A stretch of DNA of 64,000 nt from an uncultured Flavobacteriaceae bacterium (lineage in GTDB: Bacteria; Bacteroidota; Bacteroidia; Flavobacteriales; Flavobacteriaceae): NCBI GenBank assembly GCA_964524415.1, contig CAZGDG010000001.1, forward strand, positions 26,032 to 90,031. Direction: 5' to 3'. The position numbers and the translations under genes were made by a program. Under the pieces are notes generated by a model, which was not told the DNA's origin, searched no databases, and saw nothing but the letters and a program-made list of their open reading frames with translations. Position 1 is the stretch's first letter; each line of letters begins with the position of its first letter. This document shows, piece by piece, positions 59,922 to 64,000 of this stretch.

Positions 59922-60992
59922 TTATAGGTCTTGAGAATGATTTAGTTTGACGATTTTGTAAATTATATCGCCAGTTTGTTTTACATATTGGAAAACATAA
60001 CTATTCTTACCAAAATAAGAAGAACTTTTGAACTTACCGTATTGAGATAATTGCTTTTCATTTGTGATTTTTGGATTCACTTGATAGGTTGGACTAACTT
60101 CTAAAATAAGTGGTTTAGTGCTCAGGTCATCCTTATCCCAAGTTACATCAAATGCCCCGGTAGGTATGTTAAATTTTTTAAATTCAGATATAATAAAATT
60201 GCGCCACTGCTCCGGAAAAAACTCAAAGTCTACAGAACTTCCACGTCCTGTCGAGGTAGGTTTCCATTCGTCTTGATTGTTAATTCGCCAATAATAGTGA
60301 ACAATTTCATCTCCGACCAATATAACACGTAAATCCTTTCTCATCTCAACCAATTTTTGGACAATAATGTACTCATTTGGTTTGAAAGTTTTGTTGGCCT
60401 TGTGAAATTCAAGGTCTTCTTGTGAATTAATTTTATGTACACCTGCACTTGCAGACGAATGTTCTTCCTTAATAAGAAAAGGATAGTCCCATCCAAGATT
60501 TAAAACTTCATCCATGGTTGAACATAATTCGGTTTGAGGCTCGGAAATATTATATTGCTTAAATTTTTTATGCATAAATCCTTTATTCTCCCAATAATAT
60601 ATTTCCTGAGATGAGGGATATACTACATTGTCTTGAGACTCTAACTGCTTTACAATGAAATGAAGCTGTTTGGTATAATCGTTAAATTTATACCTCCAGT
60701 TATACATGTCTGAATAGTTGAGGTGAATTATTTTTCCTGAAATCTTGCCGATACTCTGGGATTTTATAATTTTAAATTTAATTCCTGCTTTTGACAAAGC
60801 GTTTATTTTGCCATAGTCCCAAATTATTTTTTCATTGATGTAATACCTCCAACCAAATTTAGGTATCCACAAAATAACATCGGCATCGTCTGAATTTGTG
60901 ATACCAGATTTGTCAGCCATTTTATTGGCATAGTAAAATACTGATGTGAAAGCTATGACGCGTTTAATTCTGGCTAAAAGAAATTGAAACAT
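59922..60992 (-). CDS. ATP-grasp amide ligase (RimK/TupA-like)
   Basis: ENKGFM, YPFLIKEEHSSASAGVHKI, IVQKLV, DLRVILVG, AFDV, LILEVSP. Confidence 0.8.
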   Translation of the reverse strand: MFQFLLARIKRVIAFTSVFYYANKMADKSGITNSDDADVILWIPKFGWRYYINEKIIWDYGKINALSKAGIKFKIIKSQSIGKISGKIIHLNYSDMYNWRYKFNDYTKQLHFIVKQLESQDNVVYPSSQEIYYWENKGFMHKKFKQYNISEPQTELCSTMDEVLNLGWDYPFLIKEEHSSASAGVHKINSQEDLEFHKANKTFKPNEYIIVQKLVEMRKDLRVILVGDEIVHYYWRINNQDEWKPTSTGRGSSVDFEFFPEQWRNFIISEFKKFNIPTGAFDVTWDKDDLSTKPLILEVSPTYQVNPKITNEKQLSQYGKFKSSSYFGKNSYVFQYVKQTGDIIYKIVKLNHSQDL

Positions 60993-60993
60993 A

Positions 60994-61542
60994 TCAGTCT
61001 GAATTTATCTGGTTAATGGCATCATAGCCATAATAAGTAATAGGCATTTGTTTAACAACTTTGATTTCATCATTATAAAACTTAACAATACCATTTTCAT
61101 GATTATAACTTAAATCATCGTAATAGGTAATGCTTTCAACCTTGTTTAAAGCCATCGACAAATAGTTTATCTTGTCTTTTGCTGTAGGCACAATAAATAA
61201 TGGCACTTTTTTTTGTGGTATATATTTATCCAACCAATACTTTGTTACGTATTTGAATCTATAATCTCTTGCTGTAAGAATAATAGCAGGAATATCTGAA
61301 TTAAAGATATCTCGTGCTATTTTTAACATATTCTGGTGTGCAGGTAGAGTCTTATACATTTTGTATTTATCTTCCTGTTTAAAGTAAGGGTAGGTATCTG
61401 CAAGTGTATTATCAAGGTCAAAAATATAAAGTTCCTCCTTAGAGTTTACAGAGGCTAAAAAACGACTGTATTTATTGATATAAAGAGTCTTGAAAAAATT
61501 GATTTTTAGTCTGTAGAAAAAGTACCTAACCCTTAACGACAT
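60994..61542 (-). CDS. HAD-superfamily phosphatase
   Basis: Motif I YIFDLDNTLADT, motif II ILTAR, K in DKINY, motif IV YYDD; overlaps the upstream gene by 17 nt. Confidence 0.8.
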   Translation of the reverse strand: MSLRVRYFFYRLKINFFKTLYINKYSRFLASVNSKEELYIFDLDNTLADTYPYFKQEDKYKMYKTLPAHQNMLKIARDIFNSDIPAIILTARDYRFKYVTKYWLDKYIPQKKVPLFIVPTAKDKINYLSMALNKVESITYYDDLSYNHENGIVKFYNDEIKVVKQMPITYYGYDAINQINSD

Positions 61543-62680
61543 CCTTAATAGCAGAAATAATAATCTTATTTTCCTGTTGTGACCTCGCGGCTACTCTGAT
61601 AAATTCGCCATCAAGTCCTATTTTGTCATCACAATTTCTTACATAAACGCCATGATTTGCAATCAACTTTGCAGTTACATCCGTTGCTGTAAGTCCCTTT
61701 AATAATTCAATTAAAACAAAATTGGCTCTTGAAGGGTAGACTTTGATATTTTTAATCTGATTAAGTTCAGATATAAAAAATAGCGATTCTGTAATGTATT
61801 TTCTTCTTACAACCTCATAACGCTCCAAGAAATCCTTACGTGTATATAATCTGAAGAAATATTCTGCCAGTCCGTTAGAGTTCCACAAATAGCCATTTGT
61901 AAGTAAATTAGCAACTTTTTCTTTAGCCATTACAGCATAACCACAACGCACGCCGGCAATACCAAAGTCTTTAGACATACTTTTAATAACGTAAACGTTG
62001 TCTCTATCTAAAACATATGGTACCACTGACTTTAAATCCATATCACTATCTTCATAAGCAAAGTGTATAAAACTTTCGTCAATAATTATGTTTGGCACCC
62101 AGGCTAGTTTATCCAAAGCGTACATTAAATCCTTGTATTTAATATATCCTCCATCAGGGTTATTTGGATTTATTAAAACAATAGTATTAGGTTTTTCCTT
62201 TTCTACTTCAGAAATGTAATGGTTTATATCTAAGCGATAATTATCCTCTTTCTGAAGTTGGTAATGTATAACCTCTTGCCCTTTTGTGGCATATTCATAA
62301 TAAGCAGAAAATGTTGGGATAGTAATCATTATTTTTCCTTGACAATACCTATGTATAATAGCCTGAATTGCTTCTATAGCACCGTTTCCAACAAAAACAT
62401 GCCCCTTTTTAATGTCTAGACGCTCTTCGATGAAACCTGCGATTATATTGTTCTGTGAGGGGTAAAATTCCAGGAGGGCATTAACCCTTCCGGTATCAAT
62501 CATTTCGCGCTTAAAATATTCTAAAAATAATTCTGTGGCGTAAGGATTGGAAAGAAAACAGGCATCTACCTTTATTTTTAAGTCTGGAATATGGTCCTGT
62601 ATTGATGCAAGGCTAGGGGAATGGGAGCCAGATTTTTCCTTTAAAACCTTGTATTGCTTTTCAATGGTCTGTGCATTCAT
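61526..62680 (-). CDS. PLP-dependent class I/II enzyme (HisC/CobD-like; probable phosphoamino-acid decarboxylase)
   Basis: GNGAIE, PTFSAY, NPNNPDG, DESFIHF, KSMSKDFGIAGVRCGY, ANFVL, IRVA; distinctive N-terminus GSHSPS...DACFLSNPYAT...LEFYPSQN. Confidence 0.85.
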   Translation of the reverse strand: MNAQTIEKQYKVLKEKSGSHSPSLASIQDHIPDLKIKVDACFLSNPYATELFLEYFKREMIDTGRVNALLEFYPSQNNIIAGFIEERLDIKKGHVFVGNGAIEAIQAIIHRYCQGKIMITIPTFSAYYEYATKGQEVIHYQLQKEDNYRLDINHYISEVEKEKPNTIVLINPNNPDGGYIKYKDLMYALDKLAWVPNIIIDESFIHFAYEDSDMDLKSVVPYVLDRDNVYVIKSMSKDFGIAGVRCGYAVMAKEKVANLLTNGYLWNSNGLAEYFFRLYTRKDFLERYEVVRRKYITESLFFISELNQIKNIKVYPSRANFVLIELLKGLTATDVTAKLIANHGVYVRNCDDKIGLDGEFIRVAARSQQENKIIISAIKDVVKG

Positions 62681-62877
62681 AATCGGTTAAGTGTATTAAC
62701 TTTTAAAGATTTAAGGTAATATTTAAAATTCAAACAATTAAATTGTTTTTAATTTCTTCATTACTTAGCAAAGTAAAATTAAAATTACTGTTGAGGAAAA
62801 AAAAACTGTTTAAAGGCAAATAATATGGTCAACTGAATTAGCTTAAAGTGAACTAGATAGAAATCATTATAAACACA

Positions 62878-63255
62878 TTAATCTTCTAGATATTGTAATG
62901 ATAGAATGGTAGCCCTAAATTCACAATTGCTAATTTTAAGATAAAGTTCCTTTTTCTTAAAAGAATTATCAATATGATACAGCTTGCAAGAATCCAGTGA
63001 TGTATCACTTTTAGAAAAATCTACGCTGCCATACCTTATTAAATTGCGTACCGTGGTAGAATCTAAATTATAATTATTCACAAAAGCTTCGACTTCTTCA
63101 GAATAGATAAGAGGTTTTGACGCTATATTCTTAACTGTTCTCGCATTAGGACCATAATCACAAGAGGCATTTTTGCCACTGAGAAAGTAAGCCAGTATTA
63201 TAAGCCCAACTGCAAAACCACCAAGATAATAGCCTAAGCGCTGAATAAACTTCAT
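62878..63255 (-). CDS. conserved membrane-anchored protein (DUF4258-like)
   Basis: RLGYYLGGFAVG TM, CDYGPNAR, GSVDFSKS. Confidence 0.65.
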   Translation of the reverse strand: MKFIQRLGYYLGGFAVGLIILAYFLSGKNASCDYGPNARTVKNIASKPLIYSEEVEAFVNNYNLDSTTVRNLIRYGSVDFSKSDTSLDSCKLYHIDNSFKKKELYLKISNCEFRATILSLQYLED

Positions 63256-63265
63256 GCTTTAAATT

Positions 63266-64000
63266 TTAAAAAATCAACAAATTTACATCGCTATAATCAA
63301 GGCCATACCATTCCGCCACAGATCTATTGGTAAGAATCCCGTGATACAGATACAATCCATTTTTTAATCCACGATCGAACCTTAGTGCATTTTCTAGACC
63401 ACCTTGTTCACCTATCTGCAACAAGTAAGGTGTAAAAATATTGCTTATTGAAACGGAAGCTGTTCGGGAATAACGAGCCGGAATATTAGGCACACAATAA
63501 TGAATAACTCCATTATAATTGAAAGTTGGATTATTATGGGTTGTGACTTCACTGGTTTCAAAACAGCCACCCATATCAATACTAACATCTATGACCACCG
63601 CGCCGCGCTTCATCTGATTTACCATAGCCTCTGTCACGATAACCGGAGAACGATTTGACCCTCTAACGGCACCAATAGCCACATCACACCTTTTTAAGGC
63701 CTTTACCAAATTCTTAGGCTGCATTGTAGATGTATATACAGATCTTCCTAGGTTATTTTGAATACACCTGAGCTTGGTTATAGAACTATCAAAAATCTTA
63801 ACATTTGCTCCTAACCCTATGGCCGATTTAGCAGCGAATTCACCAACCGTTCCTGCTCCTATAATAACAACTGAAGTAGGAGGAACGCCGTTAATATTCC
63901 CCATCATGAGACCATTACCACCATTGACATTAGATAATAACTCCGAAGCGACTAAAATGGAAGCAGTTCCAGCAATCTCACTTAAAGACCTCACGGCAGG
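63266..64000 (-). CDS. ald: alanine dehydrogenase (5' end outside the window)
   Basis: SLSEIAG, IIGAGTVG, IDVSIDMGGCFETS, IHYCVPNIP; the frame stays open to the window edge. Confidence 0.9.
   Translation of the reverse strand, partial: PAVRSLSEIAGTASILVASELLSNVNGGNGLMMGNINGVPPTSVVIIGAGTVGEFAAKSAIGLGANVKIFDSSITKLRCIQNNLGRSVYTSTMQPKNLVKALKRCDVAIGAVRGSNRSPVIVTEAMVNQMKRGAVVIDVSIDMGGCFETSEVTTHNNPTFNYNGVIHYCVPNIPARYSRTASVSISNIFTPYLLQIGEQGGLENALRFDRGLKNGLYLYHGILTNRSVAEWYGLDYSDVNLLIF

Noticed and set aside
61526..62680. Histidine (hisC) or cobalamin (cobD) biosynthesis gene
   Set aside because: No his or cob genes are adjacent, the N-terminus is atypical, and the HAD/ATP-grasp/ugd context points to glycan tailoring.
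1..64000. tRNA, rRNA, CRISPR arrays, transposases, and the remaining short ORFs nested in longer genes
   Set aside because: No cloverleaf, rRNA-like, repeat-spacer or DDE/integrase signatures were seen by eye. The nested short ORFs are antisense or off-frame shadows of well-supported CDSs.

Overview
AT-rich chromosomal window from a Bacteroidota bacterium, most likely a marine Flavobacteriaceae member. This rests on TAnnTTTG -7 promoter boxes, a T9SS C-terminal domain and the Bacteroidota-type parE/parC arrangement; a Winogradskyella-like genus is an inference. Left to right: (1) a core region with a truncated DUF5916-like gene, a probable metal-uptake TonB operon preceded by a His-rich, RGPP-ending leader ORF, serA/serC, an acyl-CoA reductase and a ferredoxin. 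(2) An accessory island at about 11.4-22.8 kb with an FkbM-like methyltransferase, a collapsed prolyl oligopeptidase pseudogene, a TPR-sensor hybrid two-component/AraC regulator, an unannotated 49-aa T9SS-CTD-like microprotein, an S74 tail-fibre-like repeat protein, two hydrolases, an orphan secreted protein and an attC-like element. (3) Core genes ychF, parE-orf-parC, terC, an XRE regulator, an M14 peptidase, asnC, aroB and a proline dehydrogenase. (4) A Wzx/Wzy polysaccharide locus at 35.4-55.4 kb with a divergent T9SS-secreted PL1-like lyase, then a PLP enzyme/HAD phosphatase/ATP-grasp module resembling the Campylobacter capsule glucuronamide pathway. (5) A DUF4258-like gene and a partial alanine dehydrogenase. 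The strongest candidates for undescribed biology are the uronamide tailoring module, the HTCS regulon with two identical promoter architectures driving a free-standing CTD-like peptide, the RGPP arrest-peptide leader and a QxxLF clamp-binding-like tail on ParC. No rRNA, tRNA, CRISPR array or transposase was seen. All family calls are by motif recognition; no database searches were run.
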